64,000 nucleotides of DNA from Acidobacteriota bacterium (GTDB lineage: Bacteria > Acidobacteriota > Thermoanaerobaculia > Multivoradales > J023), in the NCBI GenBank assembly GCA_029263315.1, contig JAJCXR010000024.1, positions 124,526 through 188,525 on the forward strand, written 5' to 3'. Under the pieces are notes generated by a model. That model saw only the letters and a program-made list of their open reading frames with translations, had not been told where the DNA came from and did no database searches. The position numbers and the translations under genes are program-made. Below are positions 19,434 to 29,227 of the stretch, piece by piece. Every line of letters begins with the position of its first letter. Position 1 is the stretch's first letter.

Positions 19434-21212
19434 GTGAAACAGCACCTGCTCCACGGCATCGGAGTCACCGAAGGCGTCGCCATCGGTACGGCGGTTTGCG
19501 TCAGCAATCACATCGGCGACATCCTGCAGATTCCCCTGGCCGAAGACGAGGTGGAGAAGGAAATCCGTCGTTTTGGACAGGCGGTGGAGCAGACCCGATC
19601 CGACATTCAGGGCCTGCGCAACCGGGTCGAGACGGAGATCAGCGAAGAGATCGCCAGAATTTTTGATGCCCAATGCCTCTTTCTCAACGATCCTTCCTTC
19701 TTGAGCTCGGTGGAGGATCACATCCGCGACGAGCGGGTGAATGCCGAGTGGGCCCTCAAAGAGACCATGACCGAGATCCAGCAGCGCTTCGACCTGATCG
19801 ACTCGCAGCATTTGCGGGAACGATCCGAAGACCTGCGCTATGCCTGCCGCTATGTCGTGCGGCATTTGCGCGGTCTCGATCTGCACCATCTCTCGGAGGT
19901 GGCCAACGACGTTGTGATCGTCGCCGACGACCTGTCTCCCTCCGACGCCGTGCGCCTCGGGCGGGAGAACGCCGCAGGTTTTGTCATCGAGCACGGCAGC
20001 CGCACCTCACACACCACCATCATTGCCCGTTCATTGAACATCCCGGCGGTGCTCGGCGTACACGGTGCCCAGGCACTGCTGACGGACCAATCCGAGATCC
20101 GGGTGGTGGTGGACGGCAGCCGTGGAGTGGTCGTGGTCGCACCTTCTGAGGAAACCCTGGACGGCTACCGGGAACAGAAGGTGGCCTTGCGTCAGCGGGA
20201 GAAGGAGCTCCAGGTGGAGAGCCAACTGCCGGTCTTGAGCCGCGATGGCGTCGCCGTACAGGTGATGGCCAACATCGATCTGCCGGAGGAAATCGAAGAG
20301 GCGCAGCGCTTCGACGCCGCCGGCATCGGTCTCTACCGCAGCGAGTTCCTCTATATCGAGAAGAGCCCCGAATTGCCCAGCGAAGAAGAGCATTTGGCGC
20401 TCTATCGTCAGATCGTTGAACGCATGGCGCCCAATCCGGCCATCATCCGAACCTACGATCTGGGCGGCCGCAAGATTGCCCGCGAAGTCATGGAAACCCA
20501 AGGTGAAAATCCGGCGCTGGGTTTGCGCGGCATTCGTCTCACCATGGCGCGACAAAACATCTTCAAATCTCAGGTGCGCGCCCTGTTGCGGGCCACCGTC
20601 TTCGGTGACCTCTGGATCATGCTGCCGCTGGTGACCATCCTCGAAGAGGTGCACGCCTTCCGAGCCTTCGCCGAAGAGATGATGGCGGAGCTGGAGGCCG
20701 AAGGGCACGCCTTTCGCCGCGACTTTCGACTCGGCATCATGATCGAGGTGCCCGCCGCCGCGATGATCAGCGACTTGCTGGCCAAGGAAGTGGACTTTTT
20801 TTCCATCGGCACCAACGACTTGATCCAATATGCTCTGGCGGTGGACCGCAACAACGAGCATGTGGCGAATCTCTACCGTCCGCTGCATCCCGGCCTGTTG
20901 CGCCTACTGCGTCAGGTGGTGGCCAGCGCTCGGGCCGAAGGCATCGAGGTCAGCCTTTGCGGTGAGATGGCCGCCGATCCTGCGCTGACCCCAATCCTCC
21001 TCGGCTGCGGCCTAAGGCGTCTGTCGGTGAATCCACGCCAAGTGCCGGTGATCAAGCACCGCATCCGTAGTCTCACCGTGGGTCGTCTGGCCGAGGTGGT
21101 GGACGTCTGCTGCCAGCTGGGCACCCAAGCCGAGATCGATGCCTACTTGCGTCAAGCTCTCGAAGAAGAGCAGGAAACTGCCGTTGGACCCGAGGGTCCC
21201 TCACCGGGATGA
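19434..21212 (+). CDS. ptsI: Phosphoenolpyruvate-protein phosphotransferase (Enzyme I)
   Basis: 592 aa with PEP-utilising enzyme domains (GSRTSHTTIIARSL, IGTNDLIQY). GTG start. Confidence 0.9.
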   Translation: MKQHLLHGIGVTEGVAIGTAVCVSNHIGDILQIPLAEDEVEKEIRRFGQAVEQTRSDIQGLRNRVETEISEEIARIFDAQCLFLNDPSFLSSVEDHIRDERVNAEWALKETMTEIQQRFDLIDSQHLRERSEDLRYACRYVVRHLRGLDLHHLSEVANDVVIVADDLSPSDAVRLGRENAAGFVIEHGSRTSHTTIIARSLNIPAVLGVHGAQALLTDQSEIRVVVDGSRGVVVVAPSEETLDGYREQKVALRQREKELQVESQLPVLSRDGVAVQVMANIDLPEEIEEAQRFDAAGIGLYRSEFLYIEKSPELPSEEEHLALYRQIVERMAPNPAIIRTYDLGGRKIAREVMETQGENPALGLRGIRLTMARQNIFKSQVRALLRATVFGDLWIMLPLVTILEEVHAFRAFAEEMMAELEAEGHAFRRDFRLGIMIEVPAAAMISDLLAKEVDFFSIGTNDLIQYALAVDRNNEHVANLYRPLHPGLLRLLRQVVASARAEGIEVSLCGEMAADPALTPILLGCGLRRLSVNPRQVPVIKHRIRSLTVGRLAEVVDVCCQLGTQAEIDAYLRQALEEEQETAVGPEGPSPG

Positions 21213-21244
21213 GCTCCGGCCCGGCACCCAGAAGGAGACGAGCC

Positions 21245-22192
21245 ATGCGTTCACCCAACAAGATCACCGATTCCATCGGTCTCTCCAGCAAATCCAACAT
21301 CGGCCGGCCGCCGCGCCGGATCTCGGTTTTCGCCGCGCCTTCGAGCCAAGGCTTGCTGCTGGCCGTTTGCTGCGCCGCCGCTTTGGCCTGCGCCGGCGGT
21401 GGCCAGCAAAGCCAAACATTGCCCTCGCAGTCGGTGAGCCAAGTGACACCCCAGCTGGAGCCGCCGCCGCCCCTGCCGCCGCCGGCGCCGGCGATCCGTG
21501 AAGTCACTTCGCAGACGGATCGGTCCACGGTCAAAGTGATCGAGGAGGGGGGCTCCGAATCGCAGCCCAAATCACTGGCCGAGGCCTCCCGTCTGGCCAA
21601 GGCCCGCAAGGGGCAACATGGCCCCTCGGTGGTCAGCATCAACGACGAAAACCTGCACGAGTTCTCTGAGCAAGGTGACATCATCGTCCTCGAATCGGCC
21701 CCGGCGGCACCCAACCCCGTCGACGATGCCGACGCTTTGGTGAATCCGACCTCCAATCGCCCCGACGACTCGGTGCGGGATGAGCAGTACTGGCGCAATC
21801 GGGCCCTCGAGCTGCGCATGGGTTGGCGACGAACGGTGGACCGTATCAAGGAGCTGACGCTAGAATCCGCTTCCCTGCGGCAACGCTTCTATGCCGAAGA
21901 CGATCCCTACGTCAGGGATAGCCAGCTCAAGCCGACTTGGGACCGAGTGCTCGACCGCATCGAGCAGCTCAAGCTTCGCTCCGAGCAATACGAGCGGGAG
22001 CTCGATACCTTCAGCACCGAAGGGAGACAATCCCAGGCCCACCAAGGCTGGCTGAATCAGGGTTGGGAGCTTGAGCCCTCCGCCGACGAAATGCCATGGA
22101 AAGCCGAGCGTGCCAACGCCGCCGGCGACAACCGCCTCCAGACCCTCGAAGCGGGGGAGGCAGAGATCAGTGAAGAGGTTTACGACCCATGA
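21245..22192 (+). CDS. Hypothetical lipoprotein, Pro-rich with C-terminal coiled coil
   Basis: Lipobox LLAVCCAAALACAGG, a PPPLPPPAPA stretch, and a coiled-coil C-terminus. No family assigned. Confidence 0.5.
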   Translation: MRSPNKITDSIGLSSKSNIGRPPRRISVFAAPSSQGLLLAVCCAAALACAGGGQQSQTLPSQSVSQVTPQLEPPPPLPPPAPAIREVTSQTDRSTVKVIEEGGSESQPKSLAEASRLAKARKGQHGPSVVSINDENLHEFSEQGDIIVLESAPAAPNPVDDADALVNPTSNRPDDSVRDEQYWRNRALELRMGWRRTVDRIKELTLESASLRQRFYAEDDPYVRDSQLKPTWDRVLDRIEQLKLRSEQYERELDTFSTEGRQSQAHQGWLNQGWELEPSADEMPWKAERANAAGDNRLQTLEAGEAEISEEVYDP

Positions 22193-23514
22193 AAAAATTC
22201 TACGTCGAGACGTGGGGTTGTCAGATGAACGAGCTCGACAGCCAGCGCATGACGGGCCTGATGATGGAGCAGGGTATCCTGCCCACCCGCGAGGTCAAGG
22301 AGGCCGATCTCATCCTCCTCAACTCCTGCAGCATCCGCGAGAAGGCGGCCCAGAAGGCCTACTCCCGCTTGGGTGAGTATCGACTGCTGAAGAAAGACAA
22401 CCCGGAGTTGTTGATCGGCTTCTGCGGTTGCGTCGCCCAGCAGGAGGGGGAGAAGGCCTTAAAGCGAGTGCCGGATTTGGATTTTGTGATGGGGCCGGCG
22501 CGGGTCGGCGAGCTGCCGACCATCGTCGAGCAGCGCCGACGCTTCGGCAAACGGGTCGTCGCGACCGGTTTTCCGGAGGCCAGCCAACGCCAGTACGACT
22601 TCGACGCCCTGGCCCGCGAAGGTACCTTCAAGGGCATGGTCACCATCATCGAAGGGTGCAACAAGAAGTGCACCTTCTGCATTGTGCCGCAAACCCGCGG
22701 CCCGGAGCAGAGCCGTCCCATGGACGACATCCTAGCCGAGGTGCAGCATCTGGTGAGCTATGGCTTCCGCGAGATCGAGCTGCTCGGACAAACCGTCAAC
22801 CACTGGCGGGATCCACAAACCGATGTCGACTTCGCCGTCCTCCTCGATCGAGTCGCTACCATGCCGGGGGTCGAGCGCTTGCGTTTCGTCACCTCCTATC
22901 CCCGGGATTTCACCCAGGACATGGTGGATCAATTCGGGCGCCACGCCAACATATGCCCGTATCTCCATTTGCCCGTTCAGTCGGGTTCCAACCGCATCCT
23001 CAAGCTGATGGGGCGGGGCTACGACGTCGAGCTGTACTACGATCTGGTCGAGCGGATTCGCCGGGTACGTCCGGGCATCGCCCTGTCGACGGACCTGATC
23101 GTCGGTTTCCCGGGGGAAACGGACGAAGATTTTCAAGCCACCCTGAAGCTGGTGGAAGACATTCGCTACGGCTCCTTCTACGCCTTCAAGTATTCTCCCC
23201 GTCCCGGCACCGCGGCGCCCCGCTTGAAAGTCGACGCGGTGGCCCCCGAGGTCGCCGACCGTCGTCTACAAGAGCTCTTTGCCTTGCAACAGAGCATCCA
23301 AAGTGAGATCAATCGCGGGCTGGTGGGGGAGACCTTCGACACCCTGGTGACCAACTGGGGCAAACGACCGGGTACCCAAACCGGCCGCACCCCCTGCCAT
23401 CGCCTGATCCACTTCCCCTACGGCGACGCCCCCTTCGAGCTCGGCAGCACAACCCAGGTGACGGTGGAGGAGGGGTTGCCCCATTCCCTCGTCGGGCGCC
23501 CGGTCGCTGCCTAG
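22189..23514 (+). CDS. miaB: tRNA-2-methylthio-N6-dimethylallyladenosine synthase
   Basis: UPF0004 N-terminus ETWGCQMN, radical-SAM CxxxCxxC (CNKKCTFC), and a TRAM domain. Confidence 0.9.
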   Translation: MKKFYVETWGCQMNELDSQRMTGLMMEQGILPTREVKEADLILLNSCSIREKAAQKAYSRLGEYRLLKKDNPELLIGFCGCVAQQEGEKALKRVPDLDFVMGPARVGELPTIVEQRRRFGKRVVATGFPEASQRQYDFDALAREGTFKGMVTIIEGCNKKCTFCIVPQTRGPEQSRPMDDILAEVQHLVSYGFREIELLGQTVNHWRDPQTDVDFAVLLDRVATMPGVERLRFVTSYPRDFTQDMVDQFGRHANICPYLHLPVQSGSNRILKLMGRGYDVELYYDLVERIRRVRPGIALSTDLIVGFPGETDEDFQATLKLVEDIRYGSFYAFKYSPRPGTAAPRLKVDAVAPEVADRRLQELFALQQSIQSEINRGLVGETFDTLVTNWGKRPGTQTGRTPCHRLIHFPYGDAPFELGSTTQVTVEEGLPHSLVGRPVAA

Positions 23515-23572
23515 CGAGCTCTCGCAGGCTGCGCCCAGCCCGAAGGGCTCCCCGCCCCGCATTCTTTTCTCG

Positions 23573-23598
23573 GATGGACACTCGCAGGTGTCCATCCC
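23573..23598 (+). terminator. Perfect 10-bp stem hairpin 3' of miaB, no U-tract
   Basis: GGATGGACAC-tcgcag-GTGTCCATCC. Confidence 0.35.
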
Positions 23599-23890
23599 GC
23601 TTCTACGCCCCCTGGCGCTCCTTCGCGCCAAGAATCCAATGCGAGATCTGGCACTCAGAAATTGGATTGTGGCCCTGAGGGGCCGGTGCGGGGGTGTGCG
23701 CTTCTGGCTGGGGCTAGGCGACGGCGAGGTCGATCGATACGACACAGTCCAGGGTCAAGCCCATTTAACCCAGGGTGGCGTTGCTGCGCTCCTGACCCTG
23801 GGCTTTGATGGAGTACCCTGGGGTCGAAAGCCAGGGGACAAAACTCTGAATGGCGTTGCTTCTTGGAAGACAACGCCGATTGCAGGTTGA

Positions 23891-25222
23891 ATGTCTATGA
23901 CAGAAAAGAGCTCAAATGCATTGCGCCCCCTCGGGGCGCATCGACTCGTCACTCGATTGGACTACTTGGTTCGCACCAAGCTATGGGCACAGATCCTGAT
24001 AGCGATGGTGTTGGGCATCGGGGTGGGGCTCGCCCTGTCACCCACAGGTGGCGCGCTCGTCGAAGCGACGACCGCCACCATGATCGCGTCGTGGCTGGCG
24101 CTTCCGGGCCGATTGTTCCTGGCGCTGATACAGATGGTGGTCGTACCCTTGGTTCTGACCTCGATCATTCTAGGTATCGCCTCAGGCGGGGATCCCCAGT
24201 TTCTTCGCCAAATCGGTACGCGCATCGCACCCTACTTCCTGAGCACCACCCTCGTCGCCGTCGTCATTGGTGCCTCGCTTGCCCTATGGATTCGACCGGG
24301 TCAGTACGTAGATCAAGCGATGTCTATGACCTCGCCGTCTTCACAAAACCTGCCGGTGATCGAAGCACAGGAACAGATCCCGTTTCCCGATCGCATCGTA
24401 GAGGTGATCCCCGAAAACCCGTCCAACGCGATCCTCCAACGCTCGATGTTCCAGATCGTCGTCTTCGCGGTCCTCATGGCAGTCGCACTGCTTTCCATTT
24501 CCGCCGAGCGGGCCAAACCGTTGCTCGATCTCTGCGTGTCGTTGCAAGACGTGTCGATGAAGGTGGTGGGTTGGGCGATGGCTTTGGCACCAGCTGCTGT
24601 CTTCGGACTGCTGGCGCAGATCAGTGTTGAAGCAGGGCTCGACGCACTCTTGGGGATGTCCGCCTACGTCGGTACGGTGCTGCTCGGGCTGTTGCTGTTG
24701 CTGTTCTTCTACCTCTTAATTGTCGCTGTACTGGCGAGACGAAATCCCCTGACCTTCCTGGGCAATATCCGGGAAGCTCAGCTCCTCGCCTTTTCGACCT
24801 CCAGCTCGGCTGCCGTGATGCCGCTGTCCATGGAGATTGCGCAGGACAAGCTCGGCGTACCCAGACCCGTCTCACAATTTGTCATACCGTTGGGTGCCAC
24901 CGTGAACATGGACGGCACGGCACTGTATCAAGTGATTGCTGCGGTATTTCTGACGCAGGTCTACGGGATTGAGCTGACCCTCGCCCAACTCGCTCTGCTC
25001 TCCGCCACCACCGTAGGCGCGTCTATCGGCGCACCGAGCACACCCGGTGTCGGTATCGTGATCCTCGCCACGATCGTCCAGGGTCTGGGTGTGCCACCCG
25101 AAGGTGTTGCCCTCATCCTGGGAGTCGATCGCATTCTTGATATGACGCGCACCAGTGTGAATGTGTCAGGGGACCTCACCGCCTGCGTCGTGATGTCGCG
25201 CTGGCTGGATAAGCCAAAGTAG
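23891..25222 (+). CDS. Dicarboxylate/amino-acid:cation symporter (DAACS/GltP family)
   Basis: 443-aa polytopic ORF with the sodium:dicarboxylate symporter architecture (NMDGTALY). Confidence 0.85.
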   Translation: MSMTEKSSNALRPLGAHRLVTRLDYLVRTKLWAQILIAMVLGIGVGLALSPTGGALVEATTATMIASWLALPGRLFLALIQMVVVPLVLTSIILGIASGGDPQFLRQIGTRIAPYFLSTTLVAVVIGASLALWIRPGQYVDQAMSMTSPSSQNLPVIEAQEQIPFPDRIVEVIPENPSNAILQRSMFQIVVFAVLMAVALLSISAERAKPLLDLCVSLQDVSMKVVGWAMALAPAAVFGLLAQISVEAGLDALLGMSAYVGTVLLGLLLLLFFYLLIVAVLARRNPLTFLGNIREAQLLAFSTSSSAAVMPLSMEIAQDKLGVPRPVSQFVIPLGATVNMDGTALYQVIAAVFLTQVYGIELTLAQLALLSATTVGASIGAPSTPGVGIVILATIVQGLGVPPEGVALILGVDRILDMTRTSVNVSGDLTACVVMSRWLDKPK

Positions 25223-25255
25223 GCATCCTGACGCTCTCAGGGTCGTGCGTCTGGC

Positions 25256-26215
25256 TCAGTGGTCTGAGGCGGAACCTCGTTCGCCTTGGATCGGGCTGAC
25301 AAAACCATCCGGTTTGATGGCAAGGATCGCGCACCCCACCTGCGGGAGAATTTCCTCAGCCGTGCTGCCGATGAAGAAGCCGGCGATGCCCGTGCGTGCG
25401 ACCGTTCCCATGACAAGCAAGTCAGCTCTTCCGCGATCGACCTCCTTGGATACCGTGTCCGAGGGTCGTCCCTTGACGACTTGCAGGGTGTGATCGACTC
25501 CTGCGAGATCCTGGCCTTGCACGAGCTCTTCAACCCGTACCTTGTGGGCATCTCTGGTTTCTTGCAAGAGTTGTTGGACTTCGTCGGCTGGAATCCGTCC
25601 ACGTCCGTGAAGCAGTAGACTCTCTCCAACCATCTCCCAAGCATGCAGGATCGTCAGCTTGGCGTTGTCTGCCCGTGCGATCCGGGCTGCCCATTCCAGG
25701 ATCCGCGCATCGAGACCGGGGTCTCGCCCAGGTCGTTGCTTCTCTGGATCCACCGCCGCGTAGACCCGCTGATAGGGCACTCGGTCTCGGGGCCTCGCAA
25801 TCCAAACTGGGCACGGACAGCTGCGAAGCAGGCGGAGGTCCGTGCTGCCGACAAACGAGCGTCGTGAGGGGGCCCCCCCGGACACCTTGATGATGTAGTC
25901 GGCTCCTGTTTCCAGCACCTCACGGATTACCTCGCTCGACCGAGAACCCACCCGTACCTTGGCAGCCGCATCGATACCGTGCGATTTGAGCTCTTCGGCG
26001 ATCTTCTCGGCCCGTCGCCGTTCCGACTCCACAAAGATTTCCCCGAGGTCACCGCCGCCGTGTCGAACACTCGGCACGTCGCCCGGTGTCACCAGCACTG
26101 TGACGCTCACGCCAGCGGGGGCAAATGCCCTGAGCCGCTCAATAGCTTCCTGATTGCCGAAATCAGGCTCATCGACCAGGATCGCTCTTCGATTATCCAC
26201 ATTGCCTCCTAGCAC
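25256..26215 (-). CDS. Tandem universal stress protein (two UspA domains)
   Basis: Two USP-like halves, each with G-x2-G-x9-G(S/T)-type ATP motifs (VMGTVARTGIAGFFIGSTAEEI). Confidence 0.75.
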   Translation of the reverse strand: MLGGNVDNRRAILVDEPDFGNQEAIERLRAFAPAGVSVTVLVTPGDVPSVRHGGGDLGEIFVESERRRAEKIAEELKSHGIDAAAKVRVGSRSSEVIREVLETGADYIIKVSGGAPSRRSFVGSTDLRLLRSCPCPVWIARPRDRVPYQRVYAAVDPEKQRPGRDPGLDARILEWAARIARADNAKLTILHAWEMVGESLLLHGRGRIPADEVQQLLQETRDAHKVRVEELVQGQDLAGVDHTLQVVKGRPSDTVSKEVDRGRADLLVMGTVARTGIAGFFIGSTAEEILPQVGCAILAIKPDGFVSPIQGERGSASDH

Positions 26216-26716
26216 CGAAATGCATCGTGTCCATCTTTGCCGCCTCCCTTTGCCGCCTCCATCGCACGGACAGATTTCTCAATCAAGGCGGTCCCCTGAG
26301 AAACTGACCCGACGAGTCTATCGTCATGAGTGTAGCGTCTATCCGTGGATCGAGAAAGTCCGCGCCCCTAACAGTCTGTGGTGAGTGAGTGAACGGTGTA
26401 ACCTACTATGCCGAGCCCGTTACCGGGCGCCCTCTCCGACAAACCCTCGAGTCTGCGATCATCGAGTTGGCGACAGGGAAGGCAGCGTCCGATGCAGGGG
26501 AGGCGAGCCCTTTATGCTCGAGACCAATGGCCGTTGTATCGATCGGCGTATCGATCGGCAAAAGCACTGCCCATAAACCTCAAGTGTTTTCTAGGAAAAT
26601 AGTTAAAGTGAAACTAGAGGTTTAAGGTCGGTGATCGGTCTCCTGACAAGGTCCGATCTCCTTTCTCAGGACCACCATCCTTGACCCAAACTCAACCGCG
26701 TCGGAGAATAAGGATC

Positions 26717-27220
26717 ATGAAAGACCCCAAGGACACACTCATCGAAATGAAGGTACGGAAGCTGATGGTCGACACAACGACCCATGTGCCGATCCTTATT
26801 CTCGCCAATGACGACGGCTCGAAGTTCTTGCCCATCTGGATCGGTCTCTTCGAAGCCAATGCCATCGCAACTTCCTTGGAGGGTAAAGGCAGCGCTCGTC
26901 CCATGACCCATGACTTGGCCGTCCATCTCATGGAGTCCTTAGATGGCTATCTACAACGAATCGTGATCAACGACCTCGAGGAGAGCACCTTTTACGCGCA
27001 GCTGATTATCGAGCAGGGTGGGGTAGAGGTCAGCCTCGACTCGCGACCCAGTGACGCCATTGCGATCGCCTTGCGAGCCAGTGTCCCGATTTTGGTCGCA
27101 GAAAAAGTGTTAGAACAAGCTACGAAGGAAGATCTCTCCAAACAGCTCAATGATGATGAAGAGCTCAAAAAGTGGTTGGAAGATGTGGATCCGGAGGATC
27201 TGGGCAAATATACGATGTAG
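26717..27220 (+). CDS. Bifunctional nuclease (BFN/DUF151) family protein
   Basis: PILILANDDGSKFLPIWIGLFEANAIA...PMTHDL. The start was chosen at MKDPKD. Confidence 0.7.
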   Translation: MKDPKDTLIEMKVRKLMVDTTTHVPILILANDDGSKFLPIWIGLFEANAIATSLEGKGSARPMTHDLAVHLMESLDGYLQRIVINDLEESTFYAQLIIEQGGVEVSLDSRPSDAIAIALRASVPILVAEKVLEQATKEDLSKQLNDDEELKKWLEDVDPEDLGKYTM

Positions 27221-27222
27221 AT

Positions 27223-27271
27223 TTCCGAAGGTAGGTTTCCGGATGTAAGCTTCCGGATGTAGGGTTCCGGC
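27223..27271. repeat. Tandem 14-bp repeat (TTCCGGATGTARG-like, about 3.3 copies) just after the BFN stop
   Basis: tttccgaaggtagg / tttccggatgtaag / cttccggatgtagg / gttccgg. Confidence 0.7.
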
Positions 27272-27439
27272 GGCTTAATTGGCTGTCTGGCCGCTGCGCT
27301 TCATATTGGGAGAGTCACCACATAATATCTTCGCGCCCATCGAACAGCGCAAGGGCTAACCACCTTCGTAACGCCTTGGCCCACTCTGAACGGCAAACAA
27401 CAAACCACTCAGAGGTCTCTCTTCAGGGCCGCATCTAAT

Positions 27440-28345
27440 TCCTTCTCTCCCGATCTCCCTTTGGTTCCTTGGCGCGAAGGAGCGCCGGTTCCTATGGCCC
27501 CGCGGCCAGGATTGAAACCCATCGATAGCGATCTGCAACTTGATAGCCCCGCACTGGCCGGAAGGTGGGCTAGTTCAAGAATGTCGGCGCGCCGACATGC
27601 ACTACCATCCCAGCTAGAGAAAATGCGGAGTGTGACCCCGGAGGGTAGGGTCCCAACGCCCGCGCAACGTCGGCGCAGTACCGCCCGATGTCGGCGCGCC
27701 GACATCGACCTTCTTGGCAGGTTTCCACAACATTCCAGTTCGACAGATAGTCAGCTAGCGTCCACCCATTGTGTCGAAATCGGTCCTAGCGGTAGGCCCC
27801 AGCTGTCTGAGTCGCAGGGCCAGGGGGACGGTATGAACCCCGAATATCAATGGGTCTAGAGCGAAACGTCAGCTTGGGGCGATTTTCCGGAAGCCCCGCA
27901 CAGCCGAAAGGCCCCCGCCCCGCATCGCCCCTCGGATGGGATCCAGCTATCGTCCGATGTCGGCGCGCCGACATAGATCCGTCCGTTCTTCCGAAATCGG
28001 TAACGGGAGGTCCTTCGATCGAGCACGGAAGGAGCGCTATCTGAGAGCTCTCTGAGCGCTGTCTGAGCCCCAAGGCCAGTCTGCTGGCGCCCAATGTCGG
28101 CGCGCCGACATCGATCCGTTCCTCCGAAATCGGTGCCAACGAGAGGCCCTTGGCGGGTCCCCCTTCGAGCGAGCTCGGACGGAGCGCTGTCTGAGCCCCC
28201 AGGGCCATGGGACCAGATGGAACTATGAATTGGTTTAGATGGACACGTCAGCTTTGAGGCGAGTTTGTGGAATCCGCACGCGAACGAAGGGCTCCGGCCC
28301 CGCATCGTTGTCTCGCACGGGAACCAGCTCGGATAGGCCATGACC
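27440..28345. repeat. Non-coding block of nested degenerate repeats carrying four copies of a perfect 18-bp palindrome
   Basis: ATGTCGGCGCGCCGACAT at 27581-27598, 27688-27705, 27957-27974 and 28094-28111. Flanking modules recur (ATCCGTYCYTCCGAAATCGGT, GAGCGCTGTCTGAGCCCC, GGCYCCSGCCCCGCATCG). Spacing is irregular at 107, 269 and 137 bp. Confidence 0.8.
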
Positions 28346-28468
28346 GCCATATCTTGGGTGTAGGAAGATGCAAACAACGCCATATGGCGTCTGAATGCAG
28401 ATTTCTCGATAAGAAACGCGCTCTAGTATTGACCCCGTCAATGGCATGTAAGTAGACTTCACCTGCCC

Positions 28469-29227
28469 ATGATCATCGCAATCACCAATCAAAAAGGTGG
28501 GGTCGGTAAGACCACCACGGCCATCAACTTGTCGGCGGCTATGGCATCGAAGGGTTCTCGGACTCTATTGATCGATGTTGATCCGCAAGGCAATAGCTCC
28601 ATGTCGTACGTCGACCCCCATGCAGTCAAGCAGTCCATGTACGATGCCTTGACCGAGGACTCAGTTCATCTCTCCGACATCATTCAAGAGTCGGAGAAGG
28701 TGCCGAACCTCTCGGTTGCCCCAGCAACCATTTCGTTGGCTAAGCTGGAATCGGCCCTGTTGGGCGAGTTGGATAGCCATTTCCGCCTCAAGGACGAGCT
28801 CGACAAGATCGCGGACGACTTCGACTACATCATCATCGATACACCTCCAACGCTGGGCATCATCACCGTCAATGCGTTGGTGGCGGCCACACATGTATTG
28901 ATCCCGATCCAGTCCAGTTATTTTGCCCTTGAAGGGACGGATGATCTCCTGGAGACCATCGACAAAATCAAGGTTCGGGCCAATCCAAACTTGCAGATCC
29001 TCGGTGCCGTCATCACGCTGTACGACAAGAGGACGATTCTGGCTCGAGATATTCGGGAACAGATCGACCAAGTATTTGGCGACAAGCTCTTCGAGACCAC
29101 CATCAGCAAGAGCGTGCGGCTAGAAGAAAGTCCGGCCTACAAGGAATCGATCTTTTCGTTTGCCCCTCAATCCAGCGGTGCGTACGAGTACTACAAGTTG
29201 TCGGAGGAGGTTCTGAGTCGTGTCTAG
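28469..29227 (+). CDS. parA: ParA/Soj-family partition ATPase
   Basis: Deviant Walker A KGGVGKTTTAINL. Lower GC than surroundings. Confidence 0.9.
   Translation: MIIAITNQKGGVGKTTTAINLSAAMASKGSRTLLIDVDPQGNSSMSYVDPHAVKQSMYDALTEDSVHLSDIIQESEKVPNLSVAPATISLAKLESALLGELDSHFRLKDELDKIADDFDYIIIDTPPTLGIITVNALVAATHVLIPIQSSYFALEGTDDLLETIDKIKVRANPNLQILGAVITLYDKRTILARDIREQIDQVFGDKLFETTISKSVRLEESPAYKESIFSFAPQSSGAYEYYKLSEEVLSRV

Noticed and set aside
26340-26420. RNase P RNA ('GAGAAAGTCCG' resembles the GGAAAGUCCGG motif)
   Set aside because: No other conserved RNase P elements are present and the region is far too short and non-GC-compensated.
27440-28345. CRISPR array
   Set aside because: The repeats are perfect palindromes with irregular spacing (107, 269 and 137 bp). 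The inter-repeat sequences themselves recur, so they are not unique spacers. There is no cas-like gene nearby.
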